This document shows positions 13,322 to 27,086 of a stretch of 64,000 bases of DNA, piece after piece; within the stretch, counting starts at the first letter, position 1, and the number at the start of each line of letters is the position of its first letter. This stretch comes from Octopus sinensis. Lineage: Eukaryota. The translations under genes were made by a program, and so were the position numbers. Where the stretch lies: assembly GCF_006345805.1 (NCBI RefSeq), contig NC_043015.1, positions 52,328,001 through 52,392,000 of the forward strand, written 5' to 3'. The notes below the pieces were generated by a model. The model was not told the origin of the DNA. It saw only the letters and a program-made list of their open reading frames with translations, and did not search any database.

Positions 13322-14084
13322 TATTGGGTCATCCCTGTATAATGCGGTTTTTTCAATTTCATAAACGAAGAGTTAGAGGCGGATAGGAGAAACTAGCTGC
13401 ATCAACTTGCTATAAAAGAAGGTAGTACCTTGTGCTTATTCTTAGTGTAGTTCGATTTTAATAGTTATTGTTTCAAAGCTATAATGGAAGTGACAAAGGA
13501 ACATATTTAATATATTTTGCTTTATGAGTTCAATAAAGGCAACAACACAACGGAAAGACTATTAATGCAGTATATGAGGATCGGAAAACAAGCGTAAGTC
13601 AGTGTCAAGGGTGGTTCCAGAAATTCCGAGCCAGAAACTATAGCCTAGAGTACGAGCCTCGTCCCGGAAGATCTGTAGAGCTCAACAAGGACGTTCTGTA
13701 AATCCTAGTGGGACAAAATCCCATCGTAACTGCTGAGGAACTGGCAGAGAAGCCTGGAGTTGATCATTCAACCATTCATCGATATCTGCGTGCCTTCAAA
13801 GAAGTTAGCAAAGTGGGTCAGTGGGTTCCTCACAAACTTTTCGAGTCTAATTGTGCGCAGAGAATGAATGTTAAGCACCGCGAAGAGTGGGTAGAGAAGG
13901 GAAAAACACCAATATCCAGGCTAAAGATGGTTTTCACCCACGTAAGGTGCTGTTATCTGTTTGCTGAGATATGAAAGGTTTAGTCCACTTTATAGAAAGT
14001 TGATGCAGGTAGATTGTCCTGTCCGCGTCCAACATCTAATTCGTGCAAATGAAAAAAGAGCATTATTTAAGGGATGACCCAATA
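13322..14084 (+). mobile_element. Internally deleted mariner (Tc1/mariner) element with both TIRs
   Basis: Left TIR tattgggtcatccc..taatgc at 13322; right TIR gcattatttaagggatgacccaata at 14060-14084; TA ends; from ATG 13484: MEVTKEH..LLYEFNKG..QGWFQKFR..EPRPGR..HSTIHRYL..GQWVPHKL, then HPRKVLLSVC*DMKG; stops and frameshifts. Confidence 0.9.
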
Positions 14085-14212
14085 CTAGCTCTTGAGAGAG
14101 AAGAAAAAAATGAAGAAAAACTTAGTTCATCATTCGAGTTAAACACAGTTTTATATTATTTATGGATGACCCAATTGATATATATATATACATACATATA
14201 TATATATTATAT

Positions 14213-14275
<63 letters not shown>

Positions 14276-14293
14276 GGTATGTATGTATGTATG

Positions 14294-14324
<31 letters not shown>

Positions 14325-14357
14325 GTATGTATGTTGTATGTTTGTATTTATGTAATA

Positions 14358-14662
14358 CTAGCAGTATCGCCCGGCGTTGCTCGGGAATGTAAGGGAAATA
14401 ACTATATAAGCATTTTTAGAGAGTTACTTCCCTTATATAAAACCGAGCGAAAAATGGATTAAAAATGGGGAAAAATTATGGTATTTTTTTTTTTAATCGT
14501 AAACTCATCGTAGACGCGCGCTAATACCAAGAAGGGCTCGATATGAATCACGACTATAAGTTACCCGCTTTTGGTTAAACTGCACCGCAAAATGTGGGAG
14601 CAGTTAGGAATCTAAATCGGAGTAGACAGACACACACACAACTACAATTTTATATATAAAGA
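14358..14662 (-). mobile_element. Non-autonomous Helitron (~305 bp)
   Basis: Minus strand begins A|TCTTTATATATAAA and ends CCCGAGCAACGCCGGG hairpin-cgatactg-CTAG|T. Confidence 0.8.
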
Positions 14663-15877
14663 TGTGTGTGTAACTGTATATATATATATATATATATATA
14701 TAAGATGCAAAATGGGAACAAACACAAAACATCCAGATAGACGATACAAAGAGGGACAACAAAACACCCAGATAGACGATACAAAGACAATAAAGTCGGG
14801 TCATTCGGACTTTTCTTTCCTCAGTCGTGTTCCAGATTATCTTTGTAATTTCGGCTGGTTATACTCGAGATTGTTCTTATCTGGCCAGTCCCAAGCAAAA
14901 ACTAAGCTAAGCGCATTAGATCCCTTGGCAGAAAGCAGCGAATGTATACGAAAACAAGGACAGGAAAAACGGAGAAAGTTACACAAATACAAATAACAGG
15001 ACATAACAACAGGTGTCTTTCAACTAAGGACAATGTAAATTAAGCTGGCGTGTGGGGAAGTAAAGCCTTACGGCAGGTATACAAGGTTTCACGGGCACAG
15101 GAAGAATACAGATGTTGCACGGATAACGCCGAACCAAGAAGATTGGTCAGGCATGGCCGAACACCGGTCACTTGGAGGAGAAAAGTGAGAGATAAGTACT
15201 GTGATCGATTCGTTCGACTAAAATTCTTGAAAGCTGTGCTCCAGCAAGGCCGTTGTTTTAGGACTGTAACAAGTAAAAGTTAAGAAATACAAGATAGCAT
15301 TAATAAAAGTTGAGTCGTATTGTGAACTGGTTGTTACCACGATTAAAGACAACATATTTTGTAGTATTGCATTGTATTTCATATTACCGGACGCCATCTT
15401 TCATTTATCATCTCAGCGAATGTGTCCAGAAATAGATTCATAACCGCAACACACACACATCTTTTTCAATTACCTTCCGGCTGAAATATCGCCTTGGCAT
15501 TCTTCTGCGAGTGAATTCCTTCTTGTCATTAAAGAACTTAATAATCGCATCGCTATTTCTTAAACTTCAATACATAACGCTACACAGCTTGGCAGAGATT
15601 CGACAATTTGGCACGAGAAAATCGGTTTTTATATGCACTGCTAATCTTTAAGTATTTATTTATTTTTCAGCAAATTGAGATAAAATATAATTGATTTCAA
15701 GAATTATACACTCGCTGAGTGTATAATTTAATACATGATTAGTTTGTGGTAGAGAGAGAGGGAAAGAGAGAGAGAGAGAGAGTGTTCCCTTAGTTGAATA
15801 CATTGACAGTGGCAAAACAGCGAACCCATAAACGAGATGTTTCATAGTATTTATTGCTCAATTTTAACATACGTATG

Positions 15878-15933
<56 letters not shown>

Positions 15934-16007
15934 GTATATGTATGTATGTATATGTATATGTATATGTATATTTATGTATGTATGTGTATGTTTGTATTTA
16001 TGTAATA

Positions 16008-16313
16008 CTAGCAGTATCGCCCGGCGTTGCTCGGGGATGTAAGGGAAATAACTATATATGCATTTTTAGAGAGTTACTTCCCTTATATAAAACCGAGCGA
16101 AAAATGGATTAAAAATGGGGAAAAATTATGGTATTTTTTTTTTTTAATCGTAAACTCATCGTAGACGCGCGCTAATACCAAGAAGGGCTCGATATGAATC
16201 ACGACTATAAGATACCCGCTTTTGGTTAAACTGCACCGCAAAATGTGGGAGTGGTTAGGAATCTAAATCGGAGTAGACAGACACACACACAACTACAATT
16301 TTATATATAAAGA
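16008..16313 (-). mobile_element. Non-autonomous Helitron (duplicate copy)
   Basis: Same termini as 14358-14662. Confidence 0.8.
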
Positions 16314-16324
16314 TGTGTGTGTAA

Positions 16325-16363
<39 letters not shown>

Positions 16364-17547
16364 ATGCAAAATGGGACAAGAACACAAAACATCCAGATAG
16401 ACGATACAAAGAGGGACAACAAAACACCCAGATAGACGATACAAAGACAATAAAGTCGGGTCATTCGGACTTTTCTTTCCTCAGTCGTGTTCCAGATTAT
16501 CTTTGTAATTTCGGCTGGTTATACTCGAGATTGTTCTTATCTGGCCAGTCCCAAGCAAAAACTAAGCTAAGCGCATTAGATCCCTTGGCAGAAAGCAGTG
16601 AATGTATACGAAAACAAGGACAGGAAAAACGGAGAAAGTTACACAAATACAAATAACAGGACATAACAACAGGTGTCTTTCCACTAAGGACAATGTAAAT
16701 TAAGCTGGCGTGTGGGGAAGTAAAGCCTTACGGCAGGTATACAAGGTTTCACGGGCACAGGGAAGAATACAGATGTTGCACGGATAACGGCCGAACCAAG
16801 AAAGATTGGTCAGGCATGGCCGAACACCGGTCACTTGGAGGAGAAAAGTGAGAGATAAGTACTGTGATCGATTCGTTCGACTAAAATTCTTGAAAGCTGT
16901 GCTCCAGCAAGGCCGTTGTTTTAGGACTGTAACAAGTAAAAGTTAAGAAATAAAAGATAGCATTAATAAAAGTTGAGTCGTATTGTGAACTGGTTGTTAC
17001 CACGATTAAAGACAACATATTTTGTAGTATTGCATTTGTATTTCATATTACCGGACGCCATCTTTCATTTATCATCTCAGCGAATGTGTCCAGAGATAGA
17101 TTCATAACCGCAACACACACACATCTTTTCAATTTACCTTCCGGCTGAAATATCGCCTTGGCATTCTTCTGCGAGTGAAATTCCTTCTTGTCATTAAAGA
17201 ACTTAATAATCGCATCGCTATTTCTTAAACTTCAATACATAACGCTACACAGCTTGGCAGAGATTCGACAATTTGGCACGAGAAAATCGGTTTTTATATG
17301 CACTGCTAATCTTTAAGTATTTATTTATTTTTCAGCAAATTGAGATAAAATATAATTGATTTCAATTATACACTCGCTGAGTGTATAATTTAATACATGA
17401 TTAGTTTGTGGTAGAGAGAGAGGAAAGAGAGAGAGAGAGAGAGTGTTCCCTTAGTTGAATACATTGACAGTGGCAAACCGCGAACCCATAAACGAGATGT
17501 TCATAGTATTTATTGCTCAATTTTAACATACGTATGCACATATATAA

Positions 17548-17580
<33 letters not shown>

Positions 17581-17659
17581 CTATATATATATGTATGTAT
17601 GTATGTATGTATATATATATCTATACGCACACATACATATCAATCAACATATGTTTATA

Positions 17660-17730
<71 letters not shown>

Positions 17731-18504
17731 ATATAATGTATGTATATTTATGTGCATAAATACATGCATGTGTGTGGTGTTGTATACTTTTCGATTTAAT
17801 TCACAATATCAATATTAAACGTAAAAATGTTTCAATATAAAATTGGACACAAAATTGAATTTTGTAAAATTGCTTTTCATGAGAAATTAAATAATTTAGA
17901 TCGAAGCAGTTCAATGAATCAATGCCATTCCATGCTGGACTCTTTCACAGAAAGTGTTTATTCAATACTGACCCAATTTAACATATATCTCAGCATCTAT
18001 ATTCTGATGACCTCTAGGTCACCAGAAATACGTGAGGTTTAATAACAGCCACGGAACTGTATATGAATATTTCTTAACATATTTTCTTTACTACTTTATG
18101 TCCAAGAGTTATCTTAGATGTCAGAAGTTTTAGTCCAAAACATTAATATTGATCATAGAGCATTCAATTAAAGTTATATGTTTAGGAATGCTTATAAGAA
18201 AACAAATGCATTAAATATAGTATGTACGACACGTATATATATACACGTATATGTATACCAGTATATGTGTATATGTATACCTATATATACATACATCCAT
18301 ACATACAGACACATATTTATATACGTTTGTATATGTTAGCTGTTTTTCTCTATTTAATTTTGATTCAATTTTCACAGAGCAACTACTTGGTAGCAAGATT
18401 GTGAAGAATGGCGTCTTGTTTTGTTCATCATTCTTCGAAGTTTAATAAAGTCTTGCAGATTTTTATTATTCCAGCTATCGTGATTATTGGTAGTATGTAT
18501 GTGT

Positions 18505-19190
18505 GTGTGTGTATGTATGTATGTATGTATGTATGTATGTATGTATGTATGTATGTATGTATGTATGTACGTATGTATGTATGCATGTATCTATGTATGT
18601 ATGTATGTATGTATGTATGTATGTATGTATGTATGCATGTATGTATGTATATATGTATGTATGTTTTTATGCATGTTTGTATGTATATATATATATATGT
18701 ATGTATTTATGTACGTATGTATGTATATATATATATATGTATATATGTTTGTATGTATGTATGTATGTATGTATATATGAGTGTATGTATGCATGTATGC
18801 ATGTATAGATGTATCTTTCATCTTTAATCTTTCATTCGTTTCACTCATTAGACTGCGGCCATGCTGGAGCTACGTCTTGAAAAGTTTCAGTCGAAAGAAT
18901 GAGTCTCATTATTTATTTTTAATACTTAATACGCCTTGTATTTATGTAACTGGTCCCTTTAGCCGAACCGCTAGGTTACAGGGACATAAGTACACCATCA
19001 ATGGCTGCCAATCGGTGGCGGGAGACAAATACAGGCACAAAGACACACACACACGCACATACATTCGCACATACATACATACATATATACACACATACAT
19101 ACATACATACATACATATATACATACATACATACATACATACATACATACATACATACATACATACATACATACATACATACATACATAC
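18505..19190. repeat. (TATG)n/(CATA)n tracts flanking a SINE S2 tail fragment (18820-19035, minus)
   Basis: Direct reading; gactgcggccatgctggagc S2 tail motif. Confidence 0.85.
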
Positions 19191-19513
19191 ATCCAGAAAG
19201 CACACGTACACATATACGCACAAGATAATACACGTGCCCAAAGTATAGATATCCCCAAATACATACTTACACAAACACGCTCTCACATAAACATACACAC
19301 ACATTTGTACACAAACATAGTATACATACATACAGGAACAAACACAGATATATACGTATAAACACATATGGGAAGCTAAGTAATGAAGGGAACGCTAAAA
19401 TTTGAAAATGCCGTTAATTAAATATACTTAAAAGTGAGAGAAGAAAAGTAAGATTAAAAAATAAAGAAAAGATAATTTGCACCAATAATTATTAGGTATG
19501 GGGTAGATACTAT

Positions 19514-20090
19514 TTAAAAAAAAACGAAAGAGTGTCTTTTCCAATGTGAACACCTGTAAAGTCGCTCCGTAAAAGTGTTCACCTGTTTATGTTTGGAAAA
19601 GAGCATAGAAAATTGCTCTTCCGTACAGAGAGGACAAAAAGATTTCCCTTTTTCATAGAGGAATGATCTAGATAAAATTTTCCAGTCTATAGGAAAAAGT
19701 CTGTTAGAGTCTTTAAGGTGCCAGATCAGTTTGCTACATCCGGTAGAATTACGCTTACGATTGTATTTGAAGGTAGAAAAGTGGTTCGCCAGTCTGGATT
19801 TCAAATCCGGGGAAGGTAATCTAGTATAGAAAAGTTTCTTGGTTTCAGAGATAATCTTTCATTGGTACACGGCATTTTTGTAAAACGGTAATTTCCATTC
19901 AGGGGACAGGTTTTACTTGGGCCGCAGTTGCAAGGCCTAATATCATTGATATTATTATTTAAGGAGACCTTCCTCCATATTAAGATATTAGGATATTTTC
20001 CTATTTTTCTTAACATGAAAACAACGGTAGCCTTAATTCTCAAATAAATAAGTTATATCCACCAATGCGGTGTTGAGCACTCATTTTCAT
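19514..20090 (-). mobile_element. Penelope-like element GIY-YIG endonuclease fragment, decayed
   Basis: Minus strand: CNCGPSKTCPLNGN..KNAVYQ*KIISETKKLFYTR..DLKSRLANHFSTF..STGCSKLIWHLKD..WKIL..CPLCTEE..RCSH. Confidence 0.85.
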
Positions 20091-20264
20091 CGTTCGACAT
20101 TTACGTATACGCAACTAAATATACATATATAAATGTGTATATGTATACCAATATATATGTATATATATATGCATATATAAATACATATATCATATATATA
20201 TATAATACATATGTATGCATGCGTGTATATATATGTATATATTTGTATATATGTATATATATAT

Positions 20265-20304
<40 letters not shown>

Positions 20305-20447
20305 AGTGTTTGTATATATATGTATATATATATACATATATACACATATATATATATACTATATATGTGTATATCCATCTAACTATTTGTCTCTATCTAT
20401 CTATCAATCAAACTTTTTCTTTCTCTCTCTCTTTCTTTCTCTCTCTC

Positions 20448-20480
<33 letters not shown>

Positions 20481-20535
20481 CTCTCTGTATATCTATATAT
20501 ATATATATATATATGTGTGCGTGTGTGTGTGTGTG

Positions 20536-20566
<31 letters not shown>

Positions 20567-20607
20567 ATGTATACACACACACTCACAGAGCAGTAGTAAG
20601 AGAGAAG

Positions 20608-20638
<31 letters not shown>

Positions 20639-20641
20639 GGA

Positions 20642-20682
<41 letters not shown>

Positions 20683-21211
20683 TTATTTTGAAAGCAATGC
20701 TTATTTTAGAGAAATGCTTGCTAAGTGGCCAATAGCGTGAATATGCCGTCTTCATCTGCTGCTGTCGCAGTACCGAAATGCCCTCTATTTTGTTTTCTTT
20801 CATTCGCGTGTTATATTACAATGTGCTTGGAACATGCAATTGACGAATGCTTTTACTCTCCAAGAATACAATCCATACCAATATTGAGAGAAAAACACAA
20901 GATTCTTCAGCCGCAAGGCCGACACCTGATCCATTGAAACGTTTCAATTCTTTGCAAATAAAATGATAGGAACATGCTATTAGATGTTGATAGCATAGCA
21001 TCTCCTAATTAGAGAATGTAGAAGTATTCTAAAGAGGGAACAAGATCTTAGAGCAATGCGTAGAACACCGTTAGAGTACGATGCAAACTTAGAAGAAAAT
21101 AGCCTGTGGGTGGTTTTTAATATCACTAGAAAAAATAGACGGAATACTAAATAACTTGTCATACGTGTCTGTTTGTATGTATGCATGTATGTATGTATAT
21201 ATGTAAGTATA

Positions 21212-22105
21212 CATGGTGTGATGGACAAATTGGCACGATTTTATATTTTAAATTTTACGCATGCGCCTTGTGTGATTTTGATTGTGTGAACTACACAATG
21301 TAGTAGGGTCAGTTGGGCACCGTCTGTGACAAAAATAGCACCATGACACAATTCACTCTGCCAGCAATTTCGAAACGACATGCTGTATTGCTTGATTTTC
21401 GCGCTGGAAGCTCCAATACGATCATTTCAGAGTGTTTGGGTATCAATCTGAGGACGGTGTAGAGGATTCGGAAAGAGTTGGAAAACTCACTGAGGTTATT
21501 CTGATAAGAAAACAACTGAATTTGTTGGTAAGGTCCGGGCCATGATTGACAACGATCCCTCCAAGTCAATCAGGTCCTTCACCAGGGACATGGGAATGTC
21601 TGAGTTTCTTATCGGGAAAGGAAGTGCATGAAGACCTTCGGTATTTCTCATACAAGATCGGAAAGGACCAATTTTTATGCCAAGCCATTAAGGACAAGAG
21701 GAAAGCCCGCGCTACGAAGCTTGTGAACAAACTCATGTATTCCCTGCAACCGAACATGCTTTGGTGTTTTCAGACGAAAAAAATTCTGCTAGGATGGGAT
21801 GGTGAACACACAGAACAAGCGTTGGCTTGTTGTGTCTTCACAACATGTACATAGAGTGATAAAAATCTAACATTCAGTCAACATCATGGTGTTTGAAGTG
21901 ATCACTGACGACGGCAAGGTTATGCCGTCATTCATCTTCCCACACGACCTTAAACTCAACATGGAAGCCTGCATCAAGTGCTTGGAGGACGTAGTGCTGC
22001 CCTGGGCCCAGAGGGGTGCCATTGGAAGACCTTATGTCTGGCAAAAGGACTCTGCACTATGTCACACAAGCGGGAGAACCCAGTATTGGCTGTCAAACAA
22101 TTTCG
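21212..22105 (+). mobile_element. Tc1/mariner-superfamily (maT/DD37D-like) transposase relic, 3'-truncated
   Basis: ATG 21343: MTQFTLP..RHAVLL..INLRTV*RIRKEL..AMIDNDPSKSIR..FSDEK..NTQNKRW..IMVFEVITDDG.VMPSFIFP..YVWQKDSALCHTS..WLSNNF; the third catalytic Asp region is missing. Confidence 0.85.
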
Positions 22106-22278
22106 GGTTAAATACTCTAGTTATCACATTGTGATAACTAAAGATACCTATCCAGTTTTCTTGGAATATTAGAATCACAGGAACCCCACTTAAAGTAGCA
22201 TAGCCATAGTCTATATATAATAGAATATTTATACGATATGTATCACTGTAATAAGCGGGCGAACGATATGATATATAT

Positions 22279-22590
22279 ATCACCGTGATCACCGTGACCG
22301 ACCAGGCTATCAGATGTTGCTACACATCGCTGGTTACAATGCGCTTCGCATTGTTTTAGTCTTCAAATGACACCACCCCGCTGGCTAAGCGAGCAGGCCA
22401 ACAGAAGAAAAAGTGAGAGAAAGTTGTGGCGAAAGAGTACAGCAGGGATCACTACCACCCTTTGCCGGAGGCTCGTGGAGCTTTAGGTGCTTTCGCTCAA
22501 TAAACACTCACAACACCCGGTCTGGGAATCGAAACCGCGATCCTACGACTGCGAGTCCACTGCTCTAAACACTGGGCCATTGCGCCTCCA
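22279..22590 (-). mobile_element. tRNA-derived SINE family S3, full length
   Basis: Minus-strand head tggaggcgcaatggcccagtg (A box)...ggtttcgattccc (B box); other copies at 45640 and 57098. Confidence 0.88.
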
Positions 22591-22595
22591 TGATA

Positions 22596-22646
<51 letters not shown>

Positions 22647-22667
22647 GTGTGTGTGTGTGTATGTGTG

Positions 22668-22702
<35 letters not shown>

Positions 22703-22720
22703 TGTGTGTGTGTGTGTGTG

Positions 22721-22776
<56 letters not shown>

Positions 22777-23579
22777 TGTGTGTGTGTGTACTACACAAAA
22801 TAACAGTTTAAATAACTTCCAGACAGTCTAGTTTTGGCGCTCGAGTTCTAATTTGCTTGGCATTTAATTTCAAGCAGTCTCTACCGATTGCTAAATATAC
22901 TTAAGATACGCGTATATAATCAAGAAACGTTAAATATGATAGTTTTCCGTGTCCGCAAGTTTATGTTCGCTCCTCTTAATAAAATAATCAGTCAGTATTA
23001 TAAATTGATTGATTCATCAAATACACTCTTTAATCAGACATAGATTAGTCATTATGGCCGATCCGTTTCTTTAATCAAATGAATCTGCATAAATTAAGTA
23101 GACGGAATCTATATTCTAGCATTTTGTAGACGCGAATTAGAGATCGATCAAAATCGCGGAGAAGGGGAATAAATATGTCAAAGTCATTTAGTGAGATGGC
23201 ATCTTTTATCTTTTAATTGGTTCAGTCGTAGGACTGTGGCCATGCTGGGGCACTGCCTGGCGACATTTTTAGGGGAATAGATCGAAATCGGTATTAATTT
23301 TTGGTTTTCGCCTGGTACATATTTAATCGGTAGCTTTTGCCAAACCACCACTAAGTTACAGGGATGTAAACGCACCAACACCGGTTGTCAAGAAGTGTGA
23401 GGGACAAGCACAGACACACACACACACACACATGCACACATATTTGTATATTGAGTGTGTGTATGTGTCTGTACTGAACCCAGAACCATATGATTGGAAA
23501 GCAAGTGTTTTACTCCACAACCACCCCTGCGCCTACCCACACAGCCACACCTTGCGCCTACATACACATTTAAATTCTT

Positions 23580-23861
23580 TTCTACTCTAGGCACAAGGCC
23601 AGAAATTGGGGGAGGGGTCAGTCGATTAGATCGACCCCAGTTTGCAACTGGTAATTAATTTATCGACGCCGAAGGGATGAAAGCCAAAGTAGACCTCAGC
23701 GGGTTTTGAACTCAGAACGTAAAGACAAATTCCACCAAGGTCGACTTTGCCATTCCATTCACCCTCTCGGAATCCATAAATTAAGTACCAGTTGCGTACT
23801 GGGGTCGATCTTATAGACTGGCCCCTCCCCAAAAATTTCGGGCCTTGTCCCTAGAGTAGAA
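23580..23861. repeat. Head-to-head SINE S1 3' halves forming an imperfect fold-back
   Basis: ttctactctaggcacaaggcc...ctggtaattaattt is the reverse complement of aaattaagtaccag...ggccttgtccctagagtagaa. Confidence 0.85.
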
Positions 23862-24069
23862 AAAATTAACATGTATATGTATATTGATATTATATTTTTG
23901 GCTTTGTTAGTAAGAATTATTCATAGATGTGGTTTCAAATCTTATTGGCACCGTCTTTTCTATTATCTGTCAGCTTTCGATAAAAAAGACAGACAGTCAT
24001 GCACTGGCGACATAACAGAACGTCTGCAGTCCGATGACTGAAGTAATTAAATGAATAGGTATGTCATTA

Positions 24070-24885
24070 TTCAGTTTTATTTCAAGATTTCTTGCCAATA
24101 GAGAAAGAAACGGTTTCTAACCTACATCCAAGATTCCTTCATTGGAATTTCAACATCAACAACAGGTTATTTTTGTATGTATGTATGTATGTATGTATGT
24201 ATGTATGTACGCATGCCTGTATATATGTATGTATGTGCAGATTTGTATGTTTTATGTATATATTTTCGTGCATAGAGTTACATATCTAGACATGCTCGTA
24301 TATACTTAAATGATAAACTTCTGGAAAATTTCTACAAAAAAGCTTTCTACAGTTCCAGTAGTTGACTGGATCTGTAGTCTTCGAATTAGCTTTCTCCTTT
24401 CTGGTTTTGAGAAGCCTAATTTCTCACGATTGGTATTTAAGTAGTGTGTTACACATCCCAGGGCCCCAATAATTACAGGGATAATCCTGAACTTGTAATC
24501 TGGATAGAGTAACTGCAGATTTCTCAATAGTTCAGCATAGATGTTCTCTTTTTCACTGATCTTCGGCTTTATGTTAACATCCGCTGAGCAGCTAATTTCC
24601 ACAACTGTACACAGTTTCTCTTCTATATCTCAAATCATTATATCAGGTCCGTTGTGCTCACATTTTATTGAAGTCTTCACTGGGATGTTCCACCAGTATT
24701 ACTTTTTTTTTTGTTATGATTGGCTCTGCCTTCTACCATATTGTGAGTTCTTATTTCTTTGTTGTCAGGATTATCCTTCTGATGGATTTCCTTATAGAGT
24801 GTCCTTGCTACAACGTCATGGGATGATATTATCGGACAGCTTCTTATGATATGGGTCATATCTTCAGTGTGAACACCACAAAGTA
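24070..24885 (-). mobile_element. RLE-type non-LTR retrotransposon 3' fragment (CCHC knuckle, endonuclease, 3'UTR)
   Basis: Minus strand: CGVHTEDMTHIIRSCP..HDVVARTLY..(YWWN)..PDIMI..EISCSADVNI..KENIYAELLRNLQLLYPDYKF.IIPVIIGALG..TGTVE. Confidence 0.85.
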
Positions 24886-24939
24886 TGTATGTATTTACAT
24901 ATGTATGTTTGTATGTATGCATGTATATATGTTTCCTCC

Positions 24940-25290
24940 TGTTTTTATTCATATGATGTCTTCCTGCAGAGAGGGAGCTGGTTTCTAACAAAGATATACA
25001 GCTCAATCTTTAAAATGTAAGTAACAAAAACAATGTCACATTTTGAACTTGACAAAAGTCATGAGTATTTTTACTGCTCTGCTTACAGATTTTATTTGTT
25101 ATGCGCTTGTAAGCTGGTCGATATCTTTTTTCTGAAAATCCTAGCTTATCCACGCTGCCAATTAGGCACTTACATATAAAATTAAGCGTACAAATTACTA
25201 TTGGTATCAATGTGAATATATAATCTGGATATAGAAACTGAAGGTCTTCTGTAGTTATCTTCTCAGTTTCTGATTCTCGGAGCGATATTC
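24940..25290 (-). mobile_element. Second, diverged RLE C-terminal fragment
   Basis: EDLQFLYPDYIFTLIPIVICTL..DKLGFS; 3'UTR motif gagctggtttctaac resembles gaaacggtttctaac at 24105. Confidence 0.7.
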
Positions 25291-25321
25291 CCATCAGCAG
25301 GGAAGCTGACTTCTACGACAA

Positions 25322-25529
25322 TACTCTTTTTACTCTTTTACTTGTTTCAGTCATTTGACTGTGGCCATGCTCGAGCACCGCCTTTAGTCGTGCAAATCGA
25401 CCCAAGGACTTATTCTTTGTAACCTAGTACTTATTCTACCGGTCCCTTTTGCCGAACTGCTAAGCTACGGGGACGTAAGCACACCAGCATCGGTTGTCAA
25501 GCGATGTTGGGAGGACAAACATAGACACA

Positions 25530-25621
<92 letters not shown>

Positions 25622-25623
25622 TG

Positions 25624-25710
<87 letters not shown>

Positions 25711-25870
25711 ACATATATACGATGGGTTTCTTACAGCTTCCGTCTACCAAATCCACTCACAAGGCTTTGATCGGCCCGAGACTATAGTAGAAAACACTTG
25801 CCCAAGGTGCCACGCAGAACCATGTGGTTCGTAAGCAAGCTACTTACCACACAGCCACTCGTACGCCTAT
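25322..25870 (-). mobile_element. Bipartite tRNA-derived SINE S2 with internal microsatellite
   Basis: Tail (tactctttttactctt...gtcaagcgatgttggg), CA/TA tract, then head (cttacagcttccgtctaccaaatcc...cacacagcc). Confidence 0.88.
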
Positions 25871-26843
25871 ACATATTTTTTCTTTTCTCTCCCAAACAAC
25901 TATATTTAGGCTATTATATTTACAGTATGTATGTTTGTAAGTATGCGCAACTATTTGGAGAATGGTGGTTACAAAGGGGAACAATCATTTTTATTGTCGT
26001 TATACCCATAACGATCAATAATACTTTCATTTCGTCGTTAATAACTGCAGGAAAATAAAGTGTCAAAACAAGGAATTAGACCGCCAATTGAACTGCCTTG
26101 CCGAGAACATAACAAGATTTATAGGTCATCTAATGACTGAGTTGCCCTTTTGTGGAAAAATGTTGTACTTAAATATGGAGCGAGGGGAGCTGGTGAAGTA
26201 ATACAAACGGAAGAGATTTTTTTATATATGTTTTAATATTTACTTCCGGGTCTCTCCGTTTCATGTTCATGGTTTCCTGATGATTTCGGTTTTGTTATCT
26301 TGTTCTTTTTTTTCTTTTTTTTATTTCTAATGTTTCAATAATAATGATACTAATAATACTATCAAATTTTGGCATCAGTGCAGCAATTTTGAGGGTTAGG
26401 AGAAGGCAATTACATCGACCCCAGTTCTAGACTGGTTCTTATTTTAAGGGCTCACGATAGGAGGAAAGGCAAATTTGGTGTATTTCATTAACTCTTTCCC
26501 TCTGATTTGTGGCCCGCGAGTTAAATTTGAAATTATGAACACTTTAAGCTTTCCTCCGTTCCGCTTAACTTGTTTGTAAAATTGGTTACTAAATGCTTTT
26601 TCGTTTATGGAGATATGCGTGGTCCCTGTCCAAAGTGGATGCGTAAATTCGTGAAGCGTCCCACAGGCTTTTGCAGGCGCAGGCGTGGCTGTGTGGCAAG
26701 AAAGTTGCCTCACAACAATGCGGTTCTAGGTTGAACCCCTTTGCATCGCAGCTTTGAAAAGTATTTTCCACTATAGCCTCCAGCCGACCAAACCCTTGTG
26801 AGCGGACTTGGTAGAGGGAAACTGAAAGAAGCCCGTCGTTTGC

Positions 26844-26885
<42 letters not shown>

Positions 26886-26970
26886 TATATATAATATATA
26901 TATATTATATATATATATATGCATATATATACACATATATACATATATACCCATTTATATATAAATATAT

Positions 26971-27002
<32 letters not shown>

Positions 27003-27029
27003 ACAAACATATATAACATATATACATTC

Positions 27030-27086
<57 letters not shown>

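Larger units (their letters stand above)
14330..17545. repeat. ~1.65-kb near-identical tandem duplication (about 14330-15870 and 15985-17545)
   Basis: tactagcagtatcgcc at 14356 and 16006; units differ by scattered substitutions and 1-nt indels; breakpoints lie in (TA)n. Confidence 0.95.

Noticed and set aside
14800-14832. Minus-strand CUGAGGA...CGAAUG hammerhead-like string (duplicated near 16460)
   Set aside because: There is no GAAA, and no convincing stem II or III.
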